DNA of 63,784 nt, filler included, from Chiloscyllium plagiosum (lineage: Eukaryota): assembly GCF_004010195.1 (NCBI RefSeq). It is 4 parts of one record of this genome, joined end to end, with 100 filler letters (N's around TTAATTAATTAA, not from the genome) between each part and the next. Parts side by side here need not be neighbours in the genome. Positions count along the whole stretch, not along the records: positions 1 to 23,507 come from NC_057716.1; positions 23,608 to 50,220 come from NC_057716.1; 2 more parts are not named here. One strand, written 5' to 3'. The notes beneath the pieces are model-generated. The model saw only the letters and a program-made list of their open reading frames with translations, did not search any database and had not been told where the DNA came from. The first letter of the stretch is position 1, and every line of letters starts with the position of its first letter. The position numbers were made by a program, and so were the translations under genes. Positions 13,011 to 26,846 of the stretch are shown one piece after another.

Positions 13011-14072
13011 TTCTCCCCGTGTCAGCTTGGGTTTCCTCCCCCAGTCCAACAATGTGCAGGTTAGGTGGATTGGCTGTGCTAATAAATGCAGGATGACTGA
13101 GATAGTGCGGGATACTCTTTGGAAGGTCACTACAGACTCAATGGGCCAAAGGGCCTGTACCTGCACTGTAGGCTTTCTAAGCTTCCCCCTGGTGTCCTGA
13201 CCTAGAGTTAGCTCTCAAGCAATATCACTGGAATCAGAGTATTAGCTGATTTAGCTCCTTGTTGTTTGAGGGATAGTGCCTTGGGTAGACTGAGAGAGAC
13301 TGTAAATTGATTGGAGGATCTGGTGAACCCAAGTGGCCCTGGGAGCACTGGGGGAGAAACTCCCACACATTTTTCCAGCTGCTTCAATATCTGTGTGCAG
13401 CAGTGACTTACGGAACTGGCAATTCGGTGTGGGTGGATGCCTGGGGGAAGGTTGGCAGGTGGTTTATTTAGACCCATGATATTGTCAGGGAGGGAATTCC
13501 AGGATTTTGACCTGGAGACTCTAAAGGAACTGAGATATATTTCCAAGTCAGAGTGGTGAGTGGCCTGAAGGGGAACTTGCAGGGGGTGGTATTCCCATGT
13601 ATCTAGAATCACAGAATCCTAGAATTTTACACGATACAAACAGGCCATTCGAGCCATCATGTCTGTACCAGCTCCCGAAGGAGCTAACCAGCCAGTCCCA
13701 TTCTCCAGCCCTATCTCCTCTAAGCTCATCCCTTTCAAATATATCTCCTGCTCTTTTTTCAAATCTCCTATGGAATCGATCTCCTCCACTCTCCCAGGCA
13801 GTGCATTCCAAACCCTACCCATTCTCTGAGGCAAGTGATTTCTCCTCATTTCATTCCGAGCTCTCTTGCTGACAGTCTTGAAGTTGTGACCCCAGTTACT
13901 GACATCTTCTGCCCTTGTCCTTCTCGATGGGCATGGTTGTGGGTTTGGAAGGTTCTGTCTGAGGATCTTTGGTGAATTTCTGCAGTGCATCTTGTATATG
14001 GTACACATTGCTGCTACTGAGAGTCAGTGGTGGAGGGAGCGGATGTTTGTGGATGTGCTGCTTTGTCCTGAA

Positions 14073-15300
14073 TTCAGCTTCCCTCTATCATAAGGTCAGA
14101 TGTGGGGATGTTCACTGATGATTGCACAATGTTCAGCACCATTTGTGACTTCTCAGACACTGAAGCAGTCCGTGCTCAAATGCAACAAGATCTGGACAAT
14201 ATCCAGGCTTGGGCCGATGATGAGTAGCATTTGTCTCACACAAATGCTAAGGTATGGCATCATCAATAAGAGCCAATCTTTAGATTAGATTAGATTACTT
14301 ACAGTGTGGAAACAGGCCCTTCGGCCCAACAAGTCCACACCGACCCGCCGAAGCGCAACCCACCCAGACCCATTCCTCTACATTTACCCCTTTACCTAAC
14401 ACTATGGGCAATTTAGCATGGCCAATTTACCTAACCTGCACATTTTTGGACTGTGGGAGGAAATCGGAGCACCCGGAGGAAACCCACGCAGACACAGGTA
14501 GAATTTGAAAACTCCCCACAGACAGTTGCCTGAGGCGGGAATTGAACCTGGGTCTCTGGCGCTGTGAGGCAGCAGTGCTAACCACTGAGCCACCGTGAAT
14601 CTAATCATTCAATGGTGTTACCATCACTGTATCCCCCTACCAGCACCATCCTGGGGGATATCATTGACCAGAAACACAATTGGACTCACCACATAAACAC
14701 CGTGACTACAAGGACAAGTCAGAGGCTGGGAATACTGCGGTGAGTAACTCACCTCCTGACTTCCCAAAGCCTGTCCACCATCTACAAGGCACAAGTCAGG
14801 AGGATGATGGAATACTCCCCACTTGCCTGGATGGGGGCAGCTCCAACAACACTCAAGAAGCTCAACACCATCCAGGACAAATCAACCCCATTTGATCGGC
14901 ACCACATCCACAAACATCCCCTCCCTCCACCACCGACGCTCAGTAGTAGCAGTGAGAACCATCTACAAGATGCACTGCAGAAATTCACCAAAGATCCTCA
15001 GACAGCACCTTCCAAAGCCATGGCCACTTTCATCTAGAAGGACAAGGGCAGCAGATACATGAGGACCCCACCTCCTGCAAGTTCCCCTCCAACCCACTCA
15101 CCATCCTGACTTGGAAATCTATCGCTGTTCCTTCAGTGTCACTGGGTCAGAATCCTGGAATTCCCTCCCTAAGGGCATTGTGGGTCAACCCACAGCACAT
15201 GGACTGCAGCGGTTCAAGAAGGCACCTTCTCAAGGGGCAACTAGGGACGGGCAAAAAATACTGGGCCAAGCCAGCGATGCCCACATGCTTTGAATGTATG
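14073..15300 (+). mobile_element. L2/Crack-like LINE 3' region, interrupted by an HE1 SINE (14279-14597, minus)
   Basis: YKAQVRxMMEYSPLAWMGAAPTTLKKLNTIQDK..., tail GGGCAACTAGGGACGGGCAA. Other copies at 5940-6478(-), 13470-14070(-), 18880-19180(-) and 28840-29338(-). Confidence 0.7.
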
Positions 15301-15389
15301 AAACAAAATGGATCGTGCCAAGCTTATTGAGTGTTTTTGGATCTGCGCCCATCCATCTCTCCCTGCAACTTCAATGTTGTTCCTTTTCG

Positions 15390-15536
15390 GAGAACAATCC
15401 AGATCCAAACTGGAGTGTCAGCCATCCTGTTCACTCTGAGAGCTGGCTCTGAGGGAGCTGGATCAGTGTCAAGGACTGTCCAATGTAAATAAAGGGTGAC
15501 TTGATGATGGGATACTGACCTCCATGGGTTTACTTC
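15390..15536 (+). mobile_element. Solo-LTR family X, 3' half
   Basis: ggagtgtcag...ctctgagagctggctctgagggagctggatcagtgtca...gtaAATAAAgggtgacttg...ttacttCA; homologous to the 31619 and 45165 copies. Confidence 0.7.
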
Positions 15537-16724
15537 AAAGAGAGAGAACGAAAGATTATTTTCTATAACTGTTCGTAGCAATTTAACGATATGTGCCCCT
15601 GGGTCCCCAAGTCTCTTTGGACCTCCACAGTTCCCTGCTTTTCACCAGTAATCTGTGCTATCATTTCAGGTCCAAAATGGATGACAGCCCATCTTCCGAC
15701 AGTGAAATGCATTTACAAGCACACAAATTATGAGCAAGAGTTGGCTTTTCAGCCTGTGAGCAAGAAAAAAACAAATCAAAGTCCATTTGGAAAGCCTCCA
15801 TTGAACTTGGCTCCACCACAATCTCTTACAACTCATTCCGGACCCTCACTCACTGCGTGGAAGAGTTTTTTTCTCATCTTGCTTTCATAGTCACGGAGGT
15901 CTACGGCACAGAAAAAGGCCCTTCGGCCCATCGTTGGTCATTCTAATCCCACTTCCCAGCGCTTGGCCCATAGCTTTGTGTACCTTGGCATTGTAGGTGC
16001 ACAGCTAAATCCTTCCTCGGTGAGGCTAACGCTTCCTTCCGAGGGTTCCTGCCTCTGCCACCTTTTACCCTCTGTTTCCTTTACATTTTAGATCAATGTC
16101 CTCTCACTTTTCATGAATAGGAACAATTCTGCTCTGGACTCCATCCAGAGCACTCCCACTATTTTTAGGGTTTCTCGGTATCTATGAATCAGCGAAGGAC
16201 CCTGTTTTATTTGATTGCTCATTTGGAACCTGATTCTTTGAGGTCTACACTTCGGCAAGGATAAGTTTAGGGCAACTTTTGACTCAATCTTTTATATAGA
16301 TGCCCACACAGAAGGTATCTGCAAGACTCTGGTAAAGGAGGGGCTGAGGGCTGGGGAAAAGATCCATCAGGACCTGCTGACAGCGACTGCCTGGAAATAG
16401 AGTCCTGATAGAAGATTCCAGAGTCTGGCCCTGCCTCAGACACTAAGTTGGGAAGCTTTATTTTGGCTCATGGTGTTGGAATGTCCTGACTACTCATTAC
16501 ATAGTGGGTCAGGTGTGTGGGGGAAGGGAGAGGTTGGCTTCCACAGTTATAGTCAGAGCCCTAATAACCGACCCATTAATAGGCCACAGACGTCCAGTGG
16601 CCATGCTCTGTTTCTGTTGTCTGACTGATATCATACAATTTTACCCCAAAGGTACCATTTGGCCCATCTGGGTGAGTGCTAGCTCTTTGAAGTATCCAAT
16701 TACTAAGCCTCCAACTTGGCACTG

Positions 16725-16955
16725 CCCTCTGGACCCGTCCATCACTGCCCCCTCTGACCTATCACCTTCTCTCTCACCTTTATTTACCTACCGCTTTCCC
16801 AGCTACCTCCCCCCCCAACCCCACCCCCTCCCATTTATCTCACAGCCCCGACCCCCTAGTCTCATTCCTGATGAAGGGCTTATGCCCGAAATGTCGATTC
16901 TCCTGCTCCTCAGCTGCTGCCTGACCTGCTGTGCTTTTCCAGCACCGCACTCTCG
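16725..16955 (+). mobile_element. Penelope pLTR (C-rich tract plus hammerhead)
   Basis: C-rich tract, then CCTGATGAAGGGCTTATGCCCGAAATGTCGA and the conserved pLTR tail. Confidence 0.7.
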
Positions 16956-18225
16956 NNNNNNNNNNNNNNNNNNNNNNNNNNNNNNNNNNNNNNNNNNNNN
17001 NNNNNNNNNNNNNNNNNNNNNNNNNNNNNNNNNNNNNNNNNNNNNNNNNNNNNNNNNNNNNNNNNNNNNNNNNNNNNNNNNNNNNNNNNNNNNNNNNNNN
17101 NNNNNNNNNNNNNNNNNNNNNNNNNNNNNNNNNNNNNNNNNNNNNNNNNNNNNNNNNNNNNNNNNNNNNNNNNNNNNNNNNNNNNNNNNNNNNNNNNNNN
17201 NNNNNNNNNNNNNNNNNNNNNNNNNNNNNNNNNNNNNNNNNNNNNNNNNNNNNNNNNNNNNNNNNNNNNNNNNNNNNNNNNNNNNNNNNNNNNNNNNNNN
17301 NNNNNNNNNNNNNNNNNNNNNNNNNNNNNNNNNNNNNNNNNNNNNNNNNNNNNNNNNNNNNNNNNNNNNNNNNNNNNNNNNNNNNNNNNNNNNNNNNNNN
17401 NNNNNNNNNNNNNNNNNNNNNNNNNNNNNNNNNNNNNNNNNNNNNNNNNNNNNNNNNNNNNNNNNNNNNNNNNNNNNNNNNNNNNNNNNNNNNNNNNNNN
17501 NNNNNNNNNNNNNNNNNNNNNNNNNNNNNNNNNNNNNNNNNNNNNNNNNNNNNNNNNNNNNNNNNNNNNNNNNNNNNNNNNNNNNNNNNNNNNNNNNNNN
17601 NNNNNNNNNNNNNNNNNNNNNNNNNNNNNNNNNNNNNNNNNNNNNNNNNNNNNNNNNNNNNNNNNNNNNNNNNNNNNNNNNNNNNNNNNNNNNNNNNNNN
17701 NNNNNNNNNNNNNNNNNNNNNNNNNNNNNNNNNNNNNNNNNNNNNNNNNNNNNNNNNNNNNNNNNNNNNNNNNNNNNNNNNNNNNNNNNNNNNNNNNNNN
17801 NNNNNNNNNNNNNNNNNNNNNNGGGTGAGAGGGGAAAGTTATAAAAGAGACCTAAGGGGCAACTTTTTCACGCAGAGGGTGGACGTGTATGGAATGAGCT
17901 GCCAGAGAATGTGGTGGAGGCTGGTACAATTGTAACATTTAAGAGGCATTTGGATGGGTATATGAATAGGAAGGGTTTGGAGGGATATGGGCCGGGTGCT
18001 GGCAGGTGGGACTAGATTGGCTTGGGATATCAGGTCGGCATGGACAGGTTGGACCGAAGGGTCTGTTTCCATGCTGTACATCGCTATGACTCTATGATCA
18101 TCCTCAGCCCCATGTTCCTGCCTTTTCCCCATAACCCTCGATTCCCCTTCCTGACTAAACATCTATCTCAGCCTTGAATAAGATCACAGAACACCGGGTT
18201 AGATTCCAACAGGTTTATTTAGAAG

Positions 18226-18260
18226 CACTAGCTTTCGGAGCGCTGCTCCTTCATCAGGTG
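18226..18260 (-). ncRNA. Minimal type I hammerhead ribozyme motif (PLE family B)
   Basis: Minus strand CAC-CTGATGA-A-GGAGC(AGC)GCTCC-GAAA-GCTA-GTG: core boxes, stem II, palindromic AGCT stem III, stem I CAC/GTG. Confidence 0.7.
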
Positions 18261-19179
18261 GTTGTGGAGCAGGATCACAGGACACAGAATTTATAGCAAA
18301 AGATCTTGCTACGTCGTGAAGGAGCAGCGCTCTGAAAGCTAGTGCTTCCAATTAAATCTGTTGGACTATAACCTGGTGTTGTGTGATTTTTAACTTTGTC
18401 TACCCCAGTCCAACACCTCCACATCTTGAATAAGACCGTAAGATATGGGAGCAGAAGCAGGTATAGTATATTGGAAGGTGCCTGTGGAGAGTTAGAGATT
18501 TGGAAATAACTGGCAGATGTGGAAATAATCAATAAACTTGATGGACTGAATGGCCTGTTTCTATACTGAAACATAGCAATGTAGAACATGGAGCATTCTT
18601 ATAACACACTGACTTTGAATTGAAAGCCTGGGCACATTCCCCACATATCCCACATGGCTTTACACCCAGTGAACCAGCTTTGAGGTGCCATCAGGTAGAA
18701 AAAAAAGCAGCCATTTTTTAACAAAGCAAGATCCCAAAAATAGGCTGTGCAAAAAGGACCAATTAATCTGCTTTTCATAAGGCTGTTGGAGGCATAAATA
18801 TCAGCATCAGAACAGTAGGGAGACCTTTTCAAATGGGGCAATGGGGTATTTTATATCTACCTGACGGGACAGATGGTGCCTCACTGTGACAGTGATGGTG
18901 AGCTCATTAAACATGGAGGGTTGATGGTTAGATTCTCTCTTGTTGGAGAGGGGTCATAGCCTGGCACTTGTGATTCACAAATGTCATTGCCTCCTGTCAG
19001 CCCAAGCCTGGATATTGTCCAGATCTTGTTGCATTTGATCACAGACTGCTTCAGTATCTGAGGAGTTGCAAATGGTGCTGAACATTGTGCAATCATTTCT
19101 GACCTTATCATGGAGGGAAAGTCATTGATGAGGCAGTTGCGAATGGTTGAGACTAGGGCACTACCCTGAGGAACTAACA

Positions 19180-20868
19180 TCTGTGGTAGGTAAGTTATTG
19201 AGAAGATTATAAAGACAGGATTTGATTAAGAGTAGTCAGCAGGCTTTGTGAGTGGGAGATCATGCCTCACAAACTTGTTAGAGTTCTTTGATGAAGTGAT
19301 CAGGAAGGTTGACGAGGGCAGGATAGTAGACATAGTCTATATGGGCTTCAATAAGGCCTTTGATAAGGTTCCACAAGGTCCAGAACTAGAGGGCATAGGT
19401 TTAGGGTGAGGAGGACAAATATAAAAGAGACCTAAGGGGCAACTTTTTCACACACAGGGTGGTACGTGTATGGAATGAGCTGCCAGAGGAAGTGGTGAGG
19501 CTGGTACAATTGCAACATTTAAGAGGCATCTGGATGGGTATATGAATGGGAAGGGTTTGGAGGGATATGGGCCAAGTGCTGACAAATGGGACTAGATTAG
19601 GTTAGGATATCTGGTCGGCATAAACGAGTTGGATCAAAGAGTTTGTTTCTGTGCTGTACATCTTTATGACTCTGTGACTCTGTGGTTGGCTAGTCTGGAA
19701 GGTTAGATCAAATGGAATCCAGGGGGAGCTGGCAAACTGGATACACAATTGGCTTGATGGTAGGAAGCAGAGGGTAATAGAGGAAGGATGTTTGTCGGAC
19801 TGGAGGCCTGTGACTAGTGGAGTGCCTCAGGGGTCAGTGCTGGGTCCATTACTGTTTGCTATCTATATCAATGGTTTGGATGAGAACGTACAAGGCATGT
19901 TTAGGAAGTTTGCTATGACACTAAAATAGACGGTATCATGGACAGTGAGGAAGGTTATCAGAAATTGCAGCAGGACCTTGATCAGCTGGGGAAGTGGGCC
20001 GAGAAATGGCAAATGGAGTTTAATATAGATACATGTGAGGTCTTACATTTTGGAAAGTTAAACCAAGGCAGTAGTTTCATGGTGAATGGTAGGGCCTTAA
20101 GGAGTATAGTGGAATAGAGGGACCTTGGAGTTCAGCTGCACAGTTTTCTGAAAATGGAGTCCCAGGTAGACAGGGCAGTGAAGAGGGCTTTTGGCACACT
20201 GGCCTTCATCAGGCAGGGCAGTGAGTATAGAAATTGGGAAGTTATTGTTGCAGTTATATAGGATGTTGGGGAGGCCACACTTGGAGTATTGTGTTCAGTT
20301 TCAGTCACCTTGCTACAGGAAGGATGTTATTAAACTGGAAAGAGTGTGGAAGAAATTTATAAGGATGTTGCCAGGTCTCAAGGGTCTTGAGTTATAGGGA
20401 GAGGTGGGACAAGCTGGGACTTTTTCTTTAGAGCACAGGGAGACTGAGGGGGATCTTATAGAGTTATAGGGAGAGGTTGGACAAGCTAGGACTTCTTTCT
20501 TTGAAGACTGAGGGGGGGATTTTATAGAAGTGTATAAGATCATGAGAGGCATGGATACAATGAATACACTCAGTCTTTTTCCCAGGGTTGGGGAATCGAG
20601 GACTAGAGGACATCACTTTAAGAGGAAAGAATAAAAGGGAACCTGAGAGTCAGCTTTTTACCCAGAGGGTGGTACGCATATGGAATGAGCTGCCAGCAGA
20701 AGTGGTTGAGGCGGGTACATTAACAACATTGAAAAGGCATTTGGACAAATACATGGATAGGGAAGGATTAGAAGGATATGGGCCAAGTGCAGGGAAATGG
20801 GGTTAGCCTGGATGGACATTTTGGTCAGCATGGACCAGTTTGGGCCAAAGGACCTGTCTCTGTGCTGA
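19180..20868 (+). mobile_element. CR1 LINE ORF2 remnant with a nested younger CR1 3' end (about 19378-19682)
   Basis: RT motifs ([22 protein letters not shown]-like) through to the 3' UTR, with a tandem duplication of about 70 bp near 20389-20525. Confidence 0.85.
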
Positions 20869-23507
20869 ACGAAAACTTCTGCAGGGATGTCCTGGAGCTG
20901 AGATGACTGACCTCCAACAACCACCACCATCTTCCTCTGCGCCAGGTATGTTTCCAACCAGCAGAGAGTTTGCCCCCGAAACCCATCGACTCTAGTGTTG
21001 CTCGGGCTCTTTAATGCAACTTTCACCTTGACATCTGCCTTCCCGGAGGAACATGTAAAAGCCTCTCAGGAATACTGGAGAACTGAGAGGCACCTGAGTG
21101 TGAGGAATGGTAAGAAACCAGTTTTGGTAAAACATGAATACTGGAGAAGTGACTGGGATTACATGTTGAGCCACTCCACAAACTACACCCTCAAGTGTGG
21201 AAAGCAGTGGAGGGAGAGATAATGGATGTGTTGTTAGTCATCTTCCAAAATCCCATTGATTCCGGAACGTTTCCTGCAGATTGGACAGTAAGAAATGGAA
21301 GATTGAAAGGAAAAAGGATTGCAGACCAGTTGTCCCAGTGTCAGCGATAAGGAAAATGCTGGAATCTCTCATAAAAATGTCAACATGGATTTCAATAATA
21401 GACAACAGGTGTAGGAGTAGGCCATTCGGCCCTTGGGGCCAGCACCGCCATTCATCATGATCATGGCTGATCATCCACAATCAGTATCCTGTTCCTGCCT
21501 TATCCCCGTAACCCTTGATTCCACTGCCTTTTCCCCCATAACCCTTGATTCCACTATCTCTAAGAGCTCTATCCATCTCTTTCTTGAAAGTATCCAGAGA
21601 CTTGGCCTTCATAGCCTTCTGGGGCAGAGCATTCCAAACACCCACCACTCTCTGGGTGAAGAGGTTTCTCCTCAGCTCTGTTCTAAGTGGCATACCCCTT
21701 ATTTTTAAACCATGTCCTCTGGACTCACCCATCAGCGGAAACATGCTTCCTGCCTCCAGAGTGTCCAATCTGTTAATAATCTTATACGTCTCAATCAGAT
21801 CTCCTCTCATCCTTCGAAAAGAGAAATCATGTTTGACAAACCTATTAGAGCGTTTTGAGAATGTAACTTGTCGACTAGATAAACAGGGATGTGGGTTTTC
21901 AGAAGGTTTTCAGAAAGGTCCCTCACAGAAAGTTAGCCATCAAAAGGAGAGCAGAGGGACAGGGAGATAGACACTGACAGCAGGTATGTGGATCGGTAAT
22001 AATCAATGGGAATAAGCAACTTATTTTCAGGTTGGCAAGCTGGCTACCTATCACAAGAATTAACTACTCACAATCGATTTGGACATGAGGATCAAAGGTC
22101 AAGTTTGCAGGTGGCACCAAATTGGTCAGAATGAGTCATGAGGGAAGATGCAGCGAGGTTTCAAGGTGATTCAGACAGACCAGGTGAGTGAGTAAGAGTA
22201 TGGCAGAGGGAATATAACGTGGATGAGTGTCAGGTTAGGAACTTTCGTGGAGAAGGGAAGATAACGCAGAGTATTTCTTAACTGGTGAGAGATTACGATG
22301 GATGGAGGCAATGGCCGAGTGGTATTATCACTGGACTGTTAATCCAGAGTAAAGCTCTGGGGACCCAGGATCGAATCCCACGACAGCAGATATTCCATAA
22401 ATGTCTGGAATTGTGAGTGTAATGATGACCATGAATCATCTGGGTCACTAATGTCCTTCCCTGGTCTGGCCTACATGTGACTCCAGACACACAGCAATGT
22501 GTTTGACTTTTAAATGCTCTTTGGGCAATAAATGCTGTGTAGTCAGCAATGCCCTGCTCCCCTGAACAAATAAAAACCAATTGGAAACTGTTGAGGTACC
22601 AAAGGACCAGGGTGCTCTTGTTCATGAGTCATTGAAGGTTGGTATTGAGGTCACAAAGGCACACAATACTTTGGCCGTTATTGTAGGGGAGTCAACATGT
22701 CTTTCTGCAGTTGTACGGGGCTTTGGTAAGACTGCACCAGGGGTATTGTGTGCAATTTAATGTCCCTTATCAAAGGAAGGATAAACTTACCATGGAGAGA
22801 GGGCATTGGGCATTCACCAGACTGAATTCTGGGATGGAGGAATCATCCTCTGAGGAAAGATTGAAGAAGATGGGCCCTATCTTCCCTGAGGTTTTGATGA
22901 ATGAGGTGATCTCATTTAAGCACACTACATTCTTACAGGAAGGTTCACCCTTGGATTTGGCGGGAAGAGAGGGAATGTTCTAGAAGCAGCCTCAGAATGC
23001 ACAGACCCATGCTCTGGTGTAGGCCAGTCTGCTGTGAGATGAGGAGGAACCTCTTCATTCAGGCAGTGTACAACCTCTGAAATCCTCTGGCCCTGCAAGC
23101 CATTGGTATGTTCAGGATGTTGAGAGATTGATAGACTTCTGGATAATAACAATCTCGGGGCCTATGGGGATAGCGCAGGGAAATGATGTTGATGGTGACC
23201 AAGATCTAACTTGATGATCTCTAACTAACAGGCACAAGTGACTAAATGGACTCCTTCCACTCCAATTTCTGAAGTTTTTATGTTCCAAACTGGAGTTGGT
23301 GAGGGGGAACCCCTCGACAGTTTGGTTACTTAGAGTCATAGAGTCATAGAGGTGTACAGCATGGAAACAGACCCTTCAGTACAACCCGTCCATGCCGACC
23401 AGATATCCTAACCCAATCTAGTCCCACTTGCCAGCACCCGGCCCATATCCCTCCAAACCCTTCCTATTCATATACCCATCCAAATGCCTCTTAAATGTTG
23501 CAATTGT

Positions 23508-23607
23508 NNNNNNNNNNNNNNNNNNNNNNNNNNNNNNNNNNNNNNNNNNNNTTAATTAATTAANNNNNNNNNNNNNNNNNNNNNNNNNNNNNNNNNNNNN
23601 NNNNNNN
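23508..23607. other. 100-nt scaffold join with TTAATTAATTAA linker (same at 50221-50320 and 61118-61217)
   Basis: Fixed 100-nt N block with a central six-frame-stop linker. Other sized gaps: 614-1113, 16956-17822, 45588-46408, 47504-48479, 52268-52767. Confidence 0.9.
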
Positions 23608-23735
23608 TAGGGTGGGAAGAGGTGTAATCCAGGTAGCTGTGGGAGTCGGTGGGTTTGTAAAAAATGTCAGTGTCAAGTCGGTCGTCATTAATGGAGATGG
23701 AGTGGTCTAGGAAGGGGAGGGAGGTGTCAGAGATG
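23608..23735 (-). mobile_element. Penelope RT fragment
   Basis: Minus strand reads ISDTSLPFLDHSISINDDRLDTDIFYKPTDSHSYLDYTSSHP, typical of the PLE RT thumb region. Confidence 0.8.
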
Positions 23736-26267
23736 CCACCTGAGTGTCACCACTCTGTATCTAACCCCGTGCTGTCCCTGTCCTGGGACAGTTTGATGCG
23801 GAGAATGTAGAGGGGGCTTTACTCTGTATCTAACCCCGTGCTGTCCCTGTCCTGGGACAGTTTGATGGGGATTGTAGTGAACGAACTTTACTTTCAGTTT
23901 AACAGAGTAGAGAGAGCATTGCTGCCAATGACAGCCAGTGTATCAGATGTGACTCCTGTAATTGTATCTGAGCAAGATAAAGCACTATTCCGAGCTGGCA
24001 GCTCAGTGATGAAAGGGAAAGTATTTTGTCTGATATCTGTCCACAAACGGATCTTTCCCCCCCCCCCCACCCCTCTGCAGCACTTGTCCTTGGGAGAAAA
24101 TGTGTGATTATTTTAAGTCAGGCCATTTAAAGCTTTCCATACCATGTTGTTGACCATAAATGGAGAAATGGATGGAGCAAAGGCGGGGGGAGGGGGGAAA
24201 ATGAGTGTTAAACGATTCCTTCAAGTAGCTTGCAAATAATCCACCAGGCTGACTGACTAAGAAATAAAGCTGAAAGGGTAACAGATCCGGAGTTTATATT
24301 TCAGTTAATTTGTAGAATACCTACAATGTGAAAGTAGGCCATTTGGCCCATTGATTCTATACTATCCCTCCAAGGGGCTTCCCTCCCTATCTTTGTAACC
24401 CTCCACTCCCCACAGCCATCCCTGAACACTGTGGATAGTTTAGCATGGCCATCTTTGCACAGTGGGAGGAAACCAGAGCACTCAAACGAAACCCACCCAG
24501 ACACGGGGAGAACGTGCAAACTCCACACAGACAGTCGCCCGAGGCTGGAATCGAACCCAGTTCCCTGGTGCTGTGAGACAGCAGGGCCAACCACTGACCA
24601 ACCTTGTAAACCTTCAGTAAAAGTGTGACTGTAGTATAATAATACTTCCCTTCCCTCTTGAGATCATCGTCCAGTATCAGTCTGGGGTCATCCAGAGGTT
24701 GGGGGTTAGGGTCACGGGGGGTGTTGGGGGTGGAGGAGGGGAGGGGAATGACAATTTTGCCAATATTTAGTCAACACCGCAATTGTGTTGGTTGTATCTC
24801 AGCGAGAAGTGGAACCAGAAAGCTGTGTGTTTGAGTCACACTTGAAGGGGGTGACGCTGAGGGAGTGCTGTACTGGCAGCGAGATATTAAACCGAGGCCC
24901 CTTGCCTCTCTGCTGTAAGTTTCCCATTGACACCATTTTGGGGGGAGAATCAAGGATTTCACTCTAGACCAGACCAGCACGGTCCCCCGATCAATACCAA
25001 CAAATACAAACAGCTCCACACTGTGGGATCTTGCTGTGTGAAAAATGGCTACTACATTCCCTACATTGAGGACACTTGAGGAGAGTGGGAGCACATACAG
25101 GGTAGTAGCTCATTAAATGTAATGTGGTTCCGGGGATATCCTCCTCACTCTGTGCAGGATGCTATGTAAATGCAAGTTGTATCACAGGAAGTTGATACAC
25201 CTTTGCCCCCCCCCACCCTCCCCTGACACTTGAGGTGGGAGTAGGGCCGCTCGTGGTGGTCTCAATAGTAATTCCCAATGTTGCGTCAGCCCCTAACCCA
25301 CTTTCACCCCATGGGGAGGGTCTTGAGGTGAGCGTGATGGGTGGGTGGGTTACAAAGACCAGAGGATTCCGCCATCTTGCATTGGGGATTGGGAGTGGGA
25401 AGGCTGGGTGGGTGCAGGGGTTGGGGGCAGTGGGTGCAGGGGTTGGTGTGGGATATGTATAATTCGACTGTTTGTCCAAATATCAGGCAGGAATTCCCAA
25501 CTGGATCAGGGTGAGTGTGGGTCGACCAGGCTTCCTCCTCTTGAATGGTAGAGCTGGCTCGAAGGGCCGAATGGCCTACTCGTAGCTTCTCTGTTTCTTG
25601 TGAGATGAGTTGAGGCTGAGGTTGCTTTCTCTGGTGCTCAGATGTTTGGAAGAATCGGGTCTGCTCCTGGCCTGGGAGTAACCGGGCCGACAGTATATCA
25701 CACTGATGACTGCATGACCCAAAATGGTCCAGGAACTGGTTCCTGGAGAGCAGCTCTGTAAAACAATATCAGGTCTGTCTGCATTACTGCCTCATCTGCT
25801 TCCTTAGCAACAGATACAATTACAACAGCTTACATTTCTGGAAAAACGAGAGCTGGGTTGGGCCTTGCGACCCCAGAAGCCTCCTCTATCGCCCACTCAG
25901 ATCATCGCCAACCTCTCCATCTCCACCCCTCACTTTTCCCATCCTCTCCATTCCCCCTTTGCCCACCCTCTCCATTCCCTCTCCTTTCCCCACCCTCGCC
26001 ATCACCTCCCCTTTTCCCACCAGTGTCTCATTCCCTTCGGTTCTCTCAGGTAACAAAAGCCTCTCGACCACACAATTCCAAACGGACAGGCTGGGACAAT
26101 GTGAATGGTTGAATTTTGACACTGGGTCATATTAAGAGACATTAGGACAGGCGAGCTAAAACTGGGTCAAAGCAGCAAGGATATGACAAAAAGGCAGGAG
26201 ATAGGCACTCAATAATGAAGCAGTGTCGGAATGATGGGCCAAATGGCCTCCTACAGTATCGGAATGA

Positions 26268-26846
26268 TAGAGATGTACAGCACAGAAACAGACCCTTCGG
26301 TCCAACTCATCCATACCGACCAGATATTGCAACCTAATCTAGTCCCACCTGCCAGCACCCGGCCCATATCCCTCCAAACCCTTCCTATTCATATACCCAT
26401 CCAAATGCCTCTTAAATGTTGTATTTGTACCAGCCTCCACCACACCCTCTGGCAACTCATTCCATACACATACCAATCTCTGTGTGAAAACTTTGCCCCT
26501 TAGGTCTCTTTTATACCTTTCCCCTCTCACCCTAAACCTATGCCCTCTAGTTCAGGATTCGCGGACCCCAGGGAAAAGACCTGGGGATAGGGTAAAAAGA
26601 TTTACCCTATCCATGCCCCTCATAATTTTATAAACCTCTATAAGGTCACCCCTCAGCCTCCGACGTTGCAGGGAAAACAGCCCCAGCCTTTCCCCTCTCC
26701 CTGTAGCTCAAATCCTCCAGCCCTGGCAACATCCTTGTAAATCTTTTCTGAACCCTTTCAAGTTTCACAACATCTTTCCGATAGGAAGGAGACCAGAATT
26801 GCACGCAATATTCCAACAGTGGCCTAACCAATGTCCTGTCGAGCTG
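26268..26846 (-). mobile_element. CR1 LINE 3' fragment
   Basis: [38 protein letters not shown]...WNELPEGVVEAG. Confidence 0.9.

Noticed and set aside
16504..17935. Long ORFs containing X runs (also at 590, 45445-46765, 47320-48808 and 52212-52946)
   Set aside because: Artefacts of translating through N gaps.
23552..23563. TTAATTAATTAA palindrome (also 50265-50276 and 61162-61173)
   Set aside because: Centred in fixed 100-nt N blocks, so it is an artificial six-frame-stop scaffolding linker.
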